A stretch of DNA of 64,000 nucleotides from Octopus vulgaris (Eukaryota), in the NCBI GenBank assembly GCA_951406725.2, contig OX597815.1:138632001-138696000 (forward strand), given 5' to 3'. The notes under the pieces were generated by a model. That model was not told where the DNA came from. It did no database searches and saw only the letters and a program-made list of their open reading frames with translations. This document shows positions 13,575 through 27,344 of this stretch, piece after piece. A program made the position numbers and the translations under genes. The stretch's first letter is position 1. The number at the start of each line of letters is the position of its first letter.

Positions 13575-14315
13575 CCATTGTAGGAATCTCAGGCTTTTTG
13601 AGAGGATATTGAAGAACTGTGAGCTATTGAAGCCGAAGCTGCTGTAGTTTCTGTTCCTATATCTTGATGGCGATGTTGAAAATTTGCCGCTATGCAGTGA
13701 CGCCCAGTTCTGCTTTTTATGTAACTTTTAATGCCAAAGTTTGTTATAAGTCCTATCAGGGATTTTCAGACGTATACGACTGCATATCTTTCTCGTCTTC
13801 TTCCTAGGGTGTAAAATTTTAAGTTGTTCAACATTTCTCAGTAGCTGACATGTCGCATTGAGACGATCGGCTTTGTGCAGTTTCGCTGGACAGCTTGGAG
13901 TTGTGCCGGTAATTTAACATAGCGTGGTGACCATAGTTAAGAGGATTAGTCTAAACGCCTGAAGGCACAGGTCCTTAAAAGCTCTAACGATCTGCCTGGG
14001 CAGTCGTTTGCTTGCCAACTTAGTAATATGCACCTGGAAAGATGCCCCATTATTCATGTTGATACCCTGCTTACGCTCTGATTTTGATTCAATGATTATA
14101 ATCCCTCTTGGGCCAGTGTATCGTGTCTACGTTTCACTCAGCTTCTTTTGTTTCTTGCGCAGGCCTTGGAATTTTACAGCATTAAACTGCGTGTCATTGT
14201 CCTCATCCCACTTGTGTAATCCGTCCAACTCTTGCTGCAGCTGGCAAACATCTTCACGGTTCAGTATCGTCTGAGAGGCTTTTGTGTCGACTGCTGATTG
14301 CGTATCTGAGAGCGT
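13575..14315 (-). pseudogene. CR1-clade LINE RT fragment
   Basis: AVDTKASQTI..EDVCQLQQELDGLHKW..DNDTQFNAVKFQ (eroded FADDTK...LQxDL...W...FN.KF), then LGRREDM (SLERRRER-like). Confidence 0.7.
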
Positions 14316-14902
14316 CACTAAGAATATAACATTTATATGTAAATAAATGCACACACAGTGACTGAGGAAAAACAAAAATAAAATTGAAATTGTTTGTACA
14401 TATTGAAATAAATATAACTCGTTTTCTTTCTAGCAGCTACAGATTTAAAATGAAAATCGTGACTTATTATTAACGAATGATAAAAAGTGAGAATCGTAAG
14501 AAAGGTATTCCTAGTGGTATACAGATCGACAAAGAGAAAAAAACAAAAATCAATCGAGATTTATACGAACGGAATTGCAATGCCGGTAAAAGTTTAACGA
14601 CTTTTCTCTCTGTAGCAGACACATTACTTAAATCTAAGAAATATATTCCAAATATGTTTTTGAATTAAACATAGAGAAATAGATTGTAATATCAATAACA
14701 GAAGTACATAGTTCATAACTATAATGAAAATATGAATTTGCTTAAAGCATATTAACAGAGGGATAGATAATCATGAAAATGTATTCATAGCAAGAGTTCT
14801 ATGTAATACATTGAAATAAACAGTTGGTGTAACTAGTACGAAGCTAGTGATTTCTGAGGAGTAGCGACTTTTGTTGTAGTGATGTACAAAAGAGATAGAG
14901 AG

Positions 14903-14933
<31 letters not shown>

Positions 14934-16721
14934 ATTTCTTTATTCAACATAAGGTTGAGAAAAAGAGGGGACAGACAAAACAAACGTTGGGGGTCAGGGT
15001 ATCGAATGAGACGAAACGTATGAATAAACAAACAATTATAATATATACAATTAAATGAGAATGAGTGATTAACAAAAAATGAAGCGGAGGTCGCGGTTGA
15101 CCCCACAAACCACATACTCACACTGAAGACATGCTTTCTCCTTTTTTACATTCTCGATTAAACAGGTTCTTTCACTCGCAACATACTAGCTAAGAGAGAC
15201 AGAGAGACACAGAGACAGAGTGACATACAGACAGAGAACGAAAGATACAATGAGATAGCATATTTGTTAATAAGGCGGATGGCTTTCGTTTTTCAAGGAT
15301 CCTTTTTGTGCATAACGTAAGTACCAGATTGGGCAAACAGAACACTCTTGCGTGCTTTGTAGGAAGTTATCAATTCAGCAAAACTTAGATATTGACTGTA
15401 CGAACCAGAAAAGGCTACAGCTTGAGATGAAGTTTCAACTATTTATGCATGGTAGTTACAAAAGTTATTCAGAAATTGTGAGTTGTAGCATTCCTAGAAA
15501 ATTTGCATGATTTAAAGGGCTGTTGTGCAAAACTAGAGGAAATAGAGTTTATATCATTTCCTTGATATTAATAATGATCGTATAGTTTTCGAGTGGATTG
15601 AGACCGCATTACCATGATTATACCAAATAGAATCTTTGGCATGACATGGGCGTTGTATTCGTATGAATTGAGGAGTAGATAAGAGTGGTTTCATCTGTAT
15701 AGGATTGGATATTGATAATATGACAGTATACGTGACTTTAATGTATAAACGGATGAATATTATGGGGGAGATAATTGAAACCAGGAACAACCATATTTGA
15801 CTGTACAGGTCAGAATGATTGCCGTTAAGGCCCACTACAAACTTGTAATGAAAGGCTGAGAGAAAGGTGGGCCATTTTAACTGAAAGATTATTAAGTTTC
15901 GAAATTAATAGATCTGAATAATCCTCAGACAACAAACAACATGTCTGCGGGAATACGGGACAGGTATAATGAATTGTTATTGAATGGCTGTCATGTCAAT
16001 AGATATTACAAGCCTAGAATAAATCGCTATAAATGGTAAAATTCATTATATGTTAATATTGATTAGTTGGAGTAAATACTTTCCTTTAGGCTGACTAAAG
16101 TGATAATATTCAACAACATATTGAAACATACTGGCCAGCGTTTTATTAGAATATCGATATATAGTAAGATTATAGTCATGAAAATATAAAGTTAAAGAGA
16201 ACAGGTATGGCATATCATTTAATGAATATGGTGAAGATCTTCATCATGAAGCATTTCAATTCACTGTGAATGTCGTGGACATTGATTTCTTCGTGTAAAT
16301 AACTAATATTTTTTACACTAACTTCCAATACCTAGTCGATGTATATGATAACATTATATAATGAAACATACACAATGATATATTGCAACACAGCATTTAG
16401 TTTTATAATAAAAAAATATAGTGGGAAACATGGCTTTATACAACTGTACAAACTATGTATAGTATATACTCAATGTAATTAATTCTATACAAACAAACTA
16501 GGAGAGATGATATAGTCAAACGATTGCATTGAAAGACATATTCTATATCAATGAGATTATTAACGCAGATCCTTGGACTTCTCTGGCATAGAACATTGCA
16601 GTTAACAGTGTAGAATCGAAGGTTTGGGAGTTCTAATTTTTAAAATTTGACATGCACCATTAATATGTAAGATACTATGACAGTGTTCTTGGTAATACAC
16701 GCAAACACACACACACAGCAG

Positions 16722-17097
16722 ACATCTTTCGGTTTCCATTCACAGGGTTTTGGTCGCCCTGAGGCTATGGTAGCAGAAACTTTTGGTGCTACGATGTGGG
16801 ACTGAACCTAGGACCATGTGATTGGAAAGCAAGCTTCTTAATTCTTTATTGCCCACAAGGGGCTAAACATTGAGGGAACAAACAAGGACAGACAAACGGA
16901 TTAAGTCGATTACATCGACCCCAGTTGTATGTAACTGGTACTTAATTTATCGACCCCGAAAGGATGAAAGGCAAAGTCGATCTCGGTGGAACTTGAACTT
17001 AAAATTTAACGGCAGACGAAATACCGTTAGCACTTCGCCCGGCAAGTTAACGTTTCTGCCACCTCGCCGCCTTCGTAAGCTTCTTACCACACAGCCG
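16722..17097 (-). mobile_element. SINE family C (ggctgtgtggtaagaagcttgct...ggttcagtcccac) split by a family A insertion
   Basis: Homologous to 25480-25851; the halves rejoin across the TSD aagcttctta. Confidence 0.7.
16841..17076 (-). mobile_element. SINE family A nested in SINE C, 10-bp TSD
   Basis: TSD aagcttctta at 16831-16840 and 17077-17086. Confidence 0.85.
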
Positions 17098-17443
17098 GTG
17101 TTTGTGTGTATGATTATACGAGGAGAAATAAATACACAAATTTCAGGATATCAAATTGTAAAATTTCCAGTGTCACGTTTAAAACTGGGTGATTCCTGTT
17201 GATTCCTTGAATTAATATTTTCCAAATCGTTCAATTCCCTTTGAATTCTGTCGTAAATTTGCTTACATTCAAAATCTCTTATGAGTGTCGAATTGGTTTT
17301 TATTACCATAAATAATCTGTATGATGCATTGGGTAATCAAAACTTCATTGTTTCTAAACTACAGCAAATTTAGCTAATATATTTAACGAAATATATCTCA
17401 GTTATAGGAAAATATATGGAATACCAATATTGGGTGCCATTTA

Positions 17444-17880
17444 GACAGTGAGTTAGCTGAATCGTTAGCAAGCCGGGCAAAATGCTTAGCGTTATTTTGT
17501 CCGTAATTATATTCTAAGTTCAAAATTTCCCGAGGTCGATTTTGCTTTTCATTCTTGGGAATCGATGAAATAAATACCAGTTGCATACTGGGGTCGATGT
17601 AATCGACTTATAATCCCTTCCCTCAAAATTACTGGCCTTGTGCAAAAATTTGAAATTATCATTGAAGACAGCGAAATGGCAGAATCGTTAGCACATCGGG
17701 CAAAATGCTTCGCGGCATTTAGTCGGTCTTTACATTCTGAGTTCAAATTCCGCCGATGTCAGCTTGGTCTTTTATCATTTCGGGATCAATAAAATAAGTA
17801 CTAGTAGTATACTGGGGGTGGATGTAATCGACTTACTCCTCCCCAAAACTTGCTGACCTTGTGCCAAAAATTGAAACCAA
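17444..17880 (+). mobile_element. Two head-to-tail SINE family A copies
   Basis: Units start at ~17444 and ~17667, and each ends in ccttgtgc(a/c)aaaa(a)ttgaaa. Confidence 0.8.
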
Positions 17881-20321
17881 TATTAAATGCCATTCTAAAT
17901 ATTCATAGCAGTTCTTTTCCTAGCCAGTACACGAACACTTCAGCAGCTCGAAATCGCAAGACATCCAAGCATCTTTAAAAAAGAGAAGGACACAAGACAT
18001 AATGTAATTTTCACAAAATCTTGAAAATATGTTTTGTTTATTACTAGAATAGTCTTTCTTATATCATAGGTCTTCTTTATAGCATTGCTTCTTTGCGGAC
18101 CCTAGTTAATATCTCTCTCGAATTTCATTTTTTAACCATATCTGTATAGTTGTTGCAGAGCTGTTACTAAGTTTGTATTCCGATTCTGGCGGTATATTGA
18201 TAATCCAAACGCCTGTACCACCATTGATTTAGTACAGCCATAGCCAATGTAGATTTTACTTTTTTTTAGGATATTGTTTTTCTACTATCTCTCCTACGAT
18301 CAGTCATAAGTATTTTTAGCAATAACCGTCAGATTCATCAATATCTGCAAGACTAAAGTTTTCTTTATCTCTTAAATTGCTAGTTTGTACTAACTACGTA
18401 TTGGATCTGTAATCTAACTGTTTTCCGGAGTTAGACCCTTTATTTTAGTGAGAAAATTCCTTGTAATGCCTAAGTGACTATAGATGAAAAACTTAATTAA
18501 CTAGAGTCCAATACTCTATAGATACTTAATAGACTTCAAAAAGATGGAAGGGAAAGTCATATACCACAGGAATTGAACGTAGAGTGTCGGTAAATTTTAA
18601 CTAAATATCGCAAGGACTGCTGCTATACCAGGATTTCCGAAACGCTGAACAGTACTATGGATAATGTCACGCGTATTCTATAGCTGTTAAATGTGTAATT
18701 AATTGTCACCTTCCTATCTTTAAATACTATATTAAGTCAAACAAATATCTTCATTTTTCACTCTACAGATTACATTCAGTTACGACCCATAGATTACAGC
18801 TAAATTATATAGTTGAACAATAGCTTTTTGGTGACATCTATCAACTGAAAGGTCATGACAGAAAATATTTAATAAATATTTAACTAAAATTGAAAAAAAT
18901 ACTATAAAATTAAAACAAATAGTCAAAATTTAACAAGAGACACTTTATACTCATACTTTTATTTTTGAAAAAAATTGATTAATGAACTACTGACTTTTGT
19001 CCATAAATCTTTTTTTTTTTTTTTGATGAGTTAATTTTAAAGAATTCTGCAATAAAAAAATCAACAGTATTAAATTCACAATGACTTGATAACAAAACAC
19101 ACCATCAAGATTTACAACATAACATATTTAAAATGAAAAGTTTTGCAACTTCACTATTATTAACAAACTAATGACCTTACATTTTAGTATTTCTAAAGTG
19201 AGAAATTATTAAACAAGTTATTAGTGACCAGAATATTAGCCTTATCTTGTATGTTTATGTTTTTTTTTATTGTTGTTTGATCGGTAAAATCTCATTTTGA
19301 CAACAATTATCGTAGATTTTGCTGGAAGCTAACGGCATTTATATTTCTACTCTCAACTATTCATATCGTTCCTCTCCAGTATTTTTCTTCGTTCTCTCGT
19401 ATGGTTTCTATAAATTTCACAAACCTATGGCTTCTAACTTCATAAAACGTGACAAATAAACACTCTCTCATACACTGTCAATTTAATAAATTACCAATTT
19501 TCTAATGAAAAGCGATGGACAGTCGACACATTATTCAGTTGTTAGGGGTTAGAGGATCAAACTGAATTCAGTACTTAGCTGATACTTTATTGACCCTAGA
19601 AAGAGTGAAGGCAAAATTGGCCTCAGGAGAATTGAAACGTAGAAGACAAAGAAATGTCACTAAGTACCATAAAACATTGTCACACTCTAAACTTACCGCT
19701 GATCTCTGGTTGGCAGAATGTAAAAACAAACCTCACTGCTTTCATTCTTCATCTTATAACAATAAACGTTTAGTATTGTTCAGACATATCTTCTCTGATA
19801 GTTATTGTTTAATTAAACTGGAATACAATCTAGAAAGTGCCATTTCCATTTGATGTTTCCTGGATGACACCGTATATATATGAGCTCACAGTTGATCGGT
19901 CAGAGCAAACATGAAGGTCTACTAACATATTAAATAAATGTTATCAATGCAAAATTAAATAAGTCTAATACAGCACTTTGCATGCATTATCTCTATTCTC
20001 TGAAACGAAACAATTAATAAAGTGAGCAATAACATTTAATGTAGTAAGCCAAGAAATTTTAATGATGTGATTCTTTAGTTAATCACCATATTTCGAACGG
20101 TTTGCCTCATTCGCAATATGCTGTTTTTCTTTATCGGAACAATCACGCATAGTTAACCTATAGATAAATATTTACATTTTGCTAAAAGAACAATTTTTCT
20201 TCCTACCCTTTAAGGCTTATGTATAGTTACGTTGATGGAGAACAATATACAAGATATTGTTGTCATCCACATGGCATCACCAAGTTCAAATTCTGTTCAA
20301 CAGTGCTGCGGTGATATTGGA

Positions 20322-20521
20322 TTAAAATTTTGGCACAAGTTCGGGTGAGGGGTGAGTTGATTGCATCGCTCTCAGTGCTCAACTGGTATTTATTTCATCG
20401 ACTCCGAAAGGAGGAAAGGCAAAGTTGACCTCGACGGAATATGGACTCCGAGCGTAGAGATGGGCGAAGACCCGCTAAGTATTTTGCGCAACGCGAAAAC
20501 GATTCTGCCAGCTCGCCGCCT
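20322..20521 (-). mobile_element. SINE family A
   Basis: Ends in ctgccagctcgccgcc; homologous to the other copies. Confidence 0.8.
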
Positions 20522-23500
20522 AATGCGGGTGTGAGATTGATAACACATAACTTATCTAGATCTTAAGAAGATTAAATTTATGCACGCAATATATACTTGA
20601 GTGTGTTAATAATGATAAACTGATCAATCATTAAAAGGAATTATTGATGTAGAAGTTAATTTCAAGTTAAAATTTTCTGTTGAGTCAAATCTTTGAATTT
20701 CATATCACTTGATCCACCTCAGCTCGCACCATTTCTTAAGAATAGTAAGATAGACATTTAGCTTTGAATAGTTTATATGATTTTAAATATACCCATAATG
20801 AATTTAGAGAATACATCATAGCAATCAACTAAAATTTAATTCTGACTTGCATAAATGTAATGTCTCCTTGAAATTTATCAGAGTATTTTATGTATGTGAT
20901 ACAATGAATATAAATATACTTATCAATATTTGTGACAATATATTTGCATTTCAACCATCATAAGTCTCATGAGTTGATTCTGTAATATTTTAAGATTTAA
21001 AATGTAAGCAAAATATATCAGCTAAAGACATAACCGAGATAGATTTCCTATGAAATTGAAAATACAGAGAATTATTTTGAGATAGTGTATCAGTAATTGT
21101 GTTAATATCACTCTGCGAGTATTATTGTAAAGAAATATGATTAATAAAACTTTAATGAAGCATTGAGCTGATTTATTGAAATATACTAATCGGTTATATT
21201 ATTGCTAAGATTTTATGAAATTGTCACATTTATATGCGTTTAAAATTACTGTAACAGTAAAAAGAAATATGCCTATGCTTATGTAAACCTAAATGATATT
21301 CTTGAGATATGAATGTGAACCCAAGGTAGATATTTATGAAGTAAAATTTTTTTTCCCAGAGTTTTCACTCACATCGAAACATAGTTGCTAAGCAGCCAAG
21401 GGAAGACGCAATATTTAACTGCATGCTTTGTTGATGAACCTAAAGAGACGTATATTCTTGCAAAACACCTTTGCATAGACCTGTTTCTCTATTTTAGATA
21501 TTCCTCTTGTTTCCTTAAAGCTTCACTCTTTAGTACGAAACGTTGGATTCCACTAACGATGCTACGTTTTTCAGCATTTAAGTATGTATGAATGAATTAT
21601 AATAATTCAAACATTTTTAGCTTTATAAAGGCAAAAAAAATTGAAGTTTCAAATATTTGAGCTGATTTATATCCTAAAATTTCTAATAAAGGATGACAAT
21701 AAAGAGAAATTTACTGATATCGTTCATCGTTTATATATTAAATGTTATGAGATTGCCTTTAATGTTATTAAAGCTTTAATGTTTTCTGAAAAACTGATAG
21801 ATTTGTTAATGATGTTGCAATTAAATATTTATCTAGAACTGTGCTGTTCTATGCAACCAAGTTTTGAGTTACAACAAGATCGATGTTTTGCATATACATT
21901 CAAATATAGTATGTTATAGCAGGAGATAGTGGAAGCAATGTCTCTCTTTTCACGCCCTTTCTCTGTTTCTTTGTCTTTCGTTTTAATGAATTTTATATTT
22001 TATACTCTTTTTGTATACTTTCAATAAGGGTAGAGTTGAACTTAAGGTTACTATTGATCAGATATGGATTTTTCCTACTATATACATACTATTGTTTCGA
22101 AATGTTTTTCCATTGTATATATCTTTGTTTAGGTTTATAGTTCAAATTGAAATTTAAAACATTTAAGAATATATAAGATGTTTAATGTTTTTTCATTATT
22201 CTCTTCGATTGATTGAACATTTGAGTTATTGGAAGGAGCAAATCTTTTGATCTATCGTGTTATGAAACTTATAAAAATGTTTTCCTTGTTTTATGAAAGT
22301 TTATATGAGTTTTGTAATAGAAAAAATGTTCAGTAATAATACAATAAAGACCAAAGAGAATGATTTAGGTGAAAGATTAAAACTTTATATTGATCTTCAA
22401 TTCTTAAAAGATTAAAGCTATTCACTGAAGGTTGAGTTGTTCTTCCCGAAGAATTTGTGTTTTTTTTCTTTACTGCTGTGACCACTGGTCATCGAGGTCG
22501 ACTGTACACAATCAGCTTCCGCAAGCAGTTGTCTCATACAAGCGTGAAGCAATATAAGAGAGAGAAAAGAGAGAGATGGAGAGAGAGAGGAAAGGGAGAG
22601 GAGGAGAGAGAGGAAAGAAAGAGGGGAGAGAGAGAAAGAGAACGAGAATGTGTGTGTATGACAGATAAGATGAAGTGATATATAGTTTGATTTTACTAAC
22701 TTTTATCTGAACAACAGCGTTATACAATTTAATCAGTGAAAAAAAAATCATTTTCCATCGTCACCAGACTCAGTTGTGTATGGCACCACTTGCACGAGAT
22801 TAAACTAGATACCAACGTAGCCGTGTATACCAATGATTCGTAACAAGGATTTCAGAAATCGAAGGAAAAATATTTTGATGGGACAACTGAGCTGAAGGTT
22901 GAATTTTATATGAACTTAGTCGATACAACTGGGAGTGTATATGCTGTAAAATTAAAGAATTTGCCATATAATCTCTTCAGTTAAGTGGATAATAACTTAG
23001 AGGGTATGAACTATTTTTAATTATAGACAGTCTAACGTTCATATAGAAGTAATTTTTAGTTATCCATAAATGGAGAAACTCTGAAATATGTTTAACAGAA
23101 TTTGAACACTTTATGACGACTCTATAAGTCACATAAATGCTGTTGTAGTTATTGTTTTGTGCAAGTATTGGATTATCTCTTTTACGCAAAATAATATGGC
23201 CATGCGTATATATATATTTTACAAGTTCACTGTAACTCACAAACTTGCTTGCAACAAACCCAATAATTATGATGCCACTAAAATCCTAATGTACTGTGTC
23301 TAATAAAATTTTCCATTTAGATTCAATTAAATACAAAATCATAAAAACTTGAACATAAAATGATGTAACAAAATATATAATAAAAGTAGATTCCTCCCAT
23401 TGCAGGTTATAGGTGAATCTAAAAATAGCAGGAAACATCGAAATGAATATACAAACAACTACGTAAACTTCATCATAAAACATTAAATCTAAAAGTACAT

Positions 23501-24036
23501 AGGTTATCATATTTTCGACACCTAGTAGTGCCAAACACTTCCCAGGTATTAGAAGGCATAAAAACTTCGATACATGAGAGAACGGAGCCCACAACACATA
23601 ACAAATGCTCCATTCCATAAGAACAACGACATAGAATGCTAAAAATGTATAGTCTGCATAGAACAAGGAAGATACTGCCAAACATTCTCATTATGACGAC
23701 TGAAATGTATAAAAAGGTGTAACAAACATCAGACTAATGTTTTAGAAACAAAAGTATATAAAAGGAATAAACAAAATATAGCTAACTGATCTTCAGTGTT
23801 TATCAGTATAAGCCACAAGAAATAGCACATTATACAAATGTCAGTAAACAACGGGTTAAAATACAAGTAACATTAAAGAAGCTTAAGAACTAAATTACAC
23901 CTACTTGCTAACACGTATTCCATTTACCAACCAGGCTCGCATAGGAAACGTATTTATCGTATCTGGAAAAAGATTAGCACCTAAAATTCACTATCATAAT
24001 AGAAACAAACACACATGAGCTATTGTGAGCTTATGA

Positions 24037-24418
24037 GTGGAGGCGCAATGGCCCAGTGGTTAGGGCAGCGGACTCGAGGTCGTAGGATCGCGATTTCGAT
24101 TCCCAGACCGGGCGTTGTGAGTGTTTATTGAGCGAAAACACCTAAAGGTCCACGAGGCTCCGGCAGGGATGGTGGTGATCCCTGCTGTACTCTTTCACCA
24201 CAACTTTCTCTCAATCTTACTTCGTGTTTCTTTTGTATCTGTATTTCAAAGGGCCGGCCTTGTCACTCTATGTGTCACGCTGAATATCCCCGAGAACTAC
24301 GTTAATGGTACACGTGTCTGTGGAGTGCTCAGCCACTTACACGTTAATTTCACGAGCAGGCTGTTCCGTTGATCGGATCAACCGGAACCCTCGTCGTCGT
24401 AACCGACGGAGTGCTTCC
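24037..24418 (+). mobile_element. tRNA-derived SINE family B (tail type Y)
   Basis: A-box tggcccagtgg and B-box gatttcgattccc. Probable 13-bp TSD cacatgagctatt at 24012-24024 and 24419-24431. Confidence 0.85.
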
Positions 24419-24884
24419 CACATGAGCTATTATACTTTGAACGTCTGTCTTAACGAGTACGGAACAGAATTAAATGAAACATTATTCTAGTGTTAATTAA
24501 ACAATGATGCAAATGAAATTTTAAAGAACGCAAAGAAAAAAACTACGAGCCATAAACACACATGTTGCATGCAACTGTGAAACATTCTTAAAAATCGATC
24601 GTTCATTTTAACAACCACGATAAGAAAGGTCAAAATCAGTAATAGCGTGAGACAAACAACCCCCAAATAGGTAAGAGATTACTGCTGTAAACGCAAGACG
24701 TAAAACATTCATCAATGGCTAAAAGTTACTAAATACTGATAGGAATTTTATATTAAATTGTAAGGCTTAATATAGCACAAAAAATTGAATGAATGCTTAT
24801 GTCTACCAAGATACGAATTAGAATTTTTAATCAACAGTTTATAACATGATATAATATAATATGCCATAATAATAATAATATAAT

Positions 24885-24918
<34 letters not shown>

Positions 24919-24957
24919 GCATATATGTATATGTATACATACATACACATATTTGAT

Positions 24958-25440
24958 AAACTCGCCTAACTCGGGGAGTTAGGTGGCCAAATGTTAGGGG
25001 TGATGTGGTCGCAGAAATTGTCTGACGGGATTTCCTGCTTGTTTGGTATGGTGCAGAGTCTTGTTGCAAGATATACGATCTTCCAGCATCCACCCTCTTG
25101 ACCCAGAGTACCACTACCCCCTCTAGGCACTTGATGTAGGCCTCCGTGTTGGTTTTGAGGCTGTGTGGGAAGATGAATAGAGGCATAAAGTCACCATCAC
25201 TAGTGATCACTCCAAACACCATGTTGTTCACTGGATGCTTGATTTTTATCTCTGTCGGTATATGTTTTGGGGACACAGCAAGGCAGCTGTTGTTCTGTGT
25301 GTTCACCATCTGTTCGTATTGGAGCTTCCGGTACGAATGTCAAGCTGTACAGCATGTCGTTTACAAATTTTTGGCAGAGTAAATTGCCACATCATGCAAT
25401 TCTCACAGAATTCTCACAGACGGTGCCCAACTGACCCTAC
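24958..25440 (-). pseudogene. Internally deleted Tc1/mariner-superfamily (DD37D-like) transposase fragment
   Basis: MVFGVITSDG..PLFIF...NTEAYIKCLE..V..W...QQDSAP, then frameshifted FCDHITPNIWPPNSP. Confidence 0.8.
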
Positions 25441-25479
25441 ACACACACACACGTACATATATATAATTATTTTATTCTT

Positions 25480-25851
25480 TTATTCTTTTACTTTTTCAGT
25501 CATTTGACTGCGGCCATGATGGTACACCGCCTTGAGTCGAAAAAATCAACTTCAGAACTTATTCTTTGTAAGTCTAGTACGATCTCTTTTGCCGAACTGC
25601 TGTGTTACGTAGACGTGAACACACCAACATCAGTTGTCAAGCGATGGGTGGGGTGGGGCAAATACAGACACACAAACATATACACACATATATACAACTG
25701 GCTTCTTTCAGTTTCCGTCTACCAAATCCATTCACAAGGCTTTGATCGACCCGACGCTATAGAAGAAGACATCTACCTAAGGTGCCACACAGTGTGACTG
25801 AACCCGGAAGAATGTGGTTGGTAAGCACGCTACTTACCACACAGCCGCTCC
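25480..25851 (-). mobile_element. SINE family C
   Basis: Head ggagcggctgtgtggtaagtag...ccgggttcagtc. The internal block is shared with 37940-38070 and 16722-17097. Confidence 0.75.
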
Positions 25852-25877
25852 TAAAATGCAGAAAACATTTTATACCT

Positions 25878-26301
25878 ATTTCTTTACTACCCACAAGGGG
25901 CTAAGCTAAACACAGATGGAACAAACAAGGACAGACAAACGGATTAAGTCGATTATATCGACGCCAGTGCGTAACTGGTACTTATTTAATCGACCCCGAA
26001 AGGATGAAAGGCAAAGTCGACCTCAGCGGAATTTGAACTCAGAACGTAAAGACAGACAAACTACCTATTTCTTTACTACCCACAAGGGGCCAAACACAGA
26101 GAGAACAAAGAAGGACAGACACACGGATTAAGTCGATTATATCGACCCCAGTGCGTAACTGGTACTTATTTAATCGACCCCGAAAGGATGAAAGGCAAAG
26201 TCAACCTCGGCGGAATTTGAACACAGAACGTAACGGCGGACGAAATACGGCTACGCATTTCGCCCGGCGTGCTAACGTTTCTGCCAGCTCGCCGCCTTAT
26301 T
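25878..26301 (-). mobile_element. SINE family A partial dimer bounded by one 13-bp TSD
   Basis: TSD acattttatacct at 25865-25877 and 26302-26314; full unit ~26065-26297 plus a 5'-truncated unit ~25878-26060. Confidence 0.8.
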
Positions 26302-26453
26302 ACATTTTATACCTTATAAAACATACACGTCATTCGACTAATTATTGCCAGAATTATATAGCTACTTGTTAAATAATTATATTACATTTTTTTAAAAATA
26401 ATCTCTTCGGTATTTAGCAAAAAAAAAAAAAAAAAATAATGGTTGGAGTTAAA

Positions 26454-26868
26454 GGATCTTTTCGGTTTGAACGGTAGTTTTTAACATAATTTCTAGGTAA
26501 CTAAAAAATTTTAAACTTCGTATACTGGTTGAATGTGTTTATAAAACATCTTTTTCTCTTGGCTTTATTGACAAAATTCTATAGTTTGTAAGATATTTGT
26601 TTTTTTCTTCAATTTCTACAATTTCAACCAATCAATGATGTCCATTGAGGTAAACAACATTCTGGGCCGTATGAATTTGTCCCTCGTTTAAGAAACAGAT
26701 TGGGTTTATTTACATTTGTGAAGAAAAAAAAGATACCCTTCCCCCCCCCCCTAACCCTAACCCTAAAACAGATTGAAATGCAATAGATCGATACTAGGGT
26801 CATAATTATGGGTGACAATTTTCATATGACACCGCTAGAAAAAACTGCCGTTCAAACCGAAAAGATCC
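26454..26868. mobile_element. MITE with GG-terminal ~29-bp TIRs and 8-bp TSD (Merlin/hAT-like)
   Basis: TIRs ggatcttttcggtttgaacggtagttttt / aaaaactgccgttcaaaccgaaaagatcc, flanks gagttaaa / cagttaaa, internal (CCCTAA)3. Confidence 0.8.
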
Positions 26869-27344
26869 CAGTTAAATTCTCATGCCGTTATGAAAGTTAT
26901 CAACGAAATCTTCAAGTGCAAGGGCATAGTAAGAGATACAGAAACAGATCACAGAAGTTCGAGACCAAGCCAGTCTATGTGAGAACGACCATGACACTTG
27001 TGTTAATAGCAACGATGATAACAATACCCATCTGCTGGCATAATGGGAACAGTGGTAGCGTTCCGAGAATAAAATACGATATAGTCTGTTAATTGTCATG
27101 TTTATAGTAATTGACACAGACTGTCTGTTTTCTGGCACAGAAAGGGAGCATGGATACGAACTTTCGTTGTACACCCCCTCACCCATCCTTTCACTCGTAC
27201 TCATTAACATTTTCCACACATTTGGGCTCACACATGTATATATAAATGCGTTCATACACACACACACATACCGTCAGTGTATCATATATCAGGAAAAAAG
27301 AAGCACGCTCTAAAGCGTATAGCAGTAATGTATTTATATGCAGT

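Noticed and set aside
15300-16280. Possible ancient LINE endonuclease relic (similar vague signals at 21400-21950, 47400-48060, 60300-62650)
   Set aside because: Motifs too eroded to call by eye.
17444-17880. CRISPR-like or satellite array
   Set aside because: Units are ~220-bp SINE copies without a repeat-spacer structure, in a eukaryotic context.
23240-23700. Hydrophobic minus-strand ORFs with plausible splice signals (possible membrane-protein exons)
   Set aside because: No recognisable family motif and no consistent multi-exon frame. T-rich DNA yields such ORFs by chance. RNA-seq would be needed.
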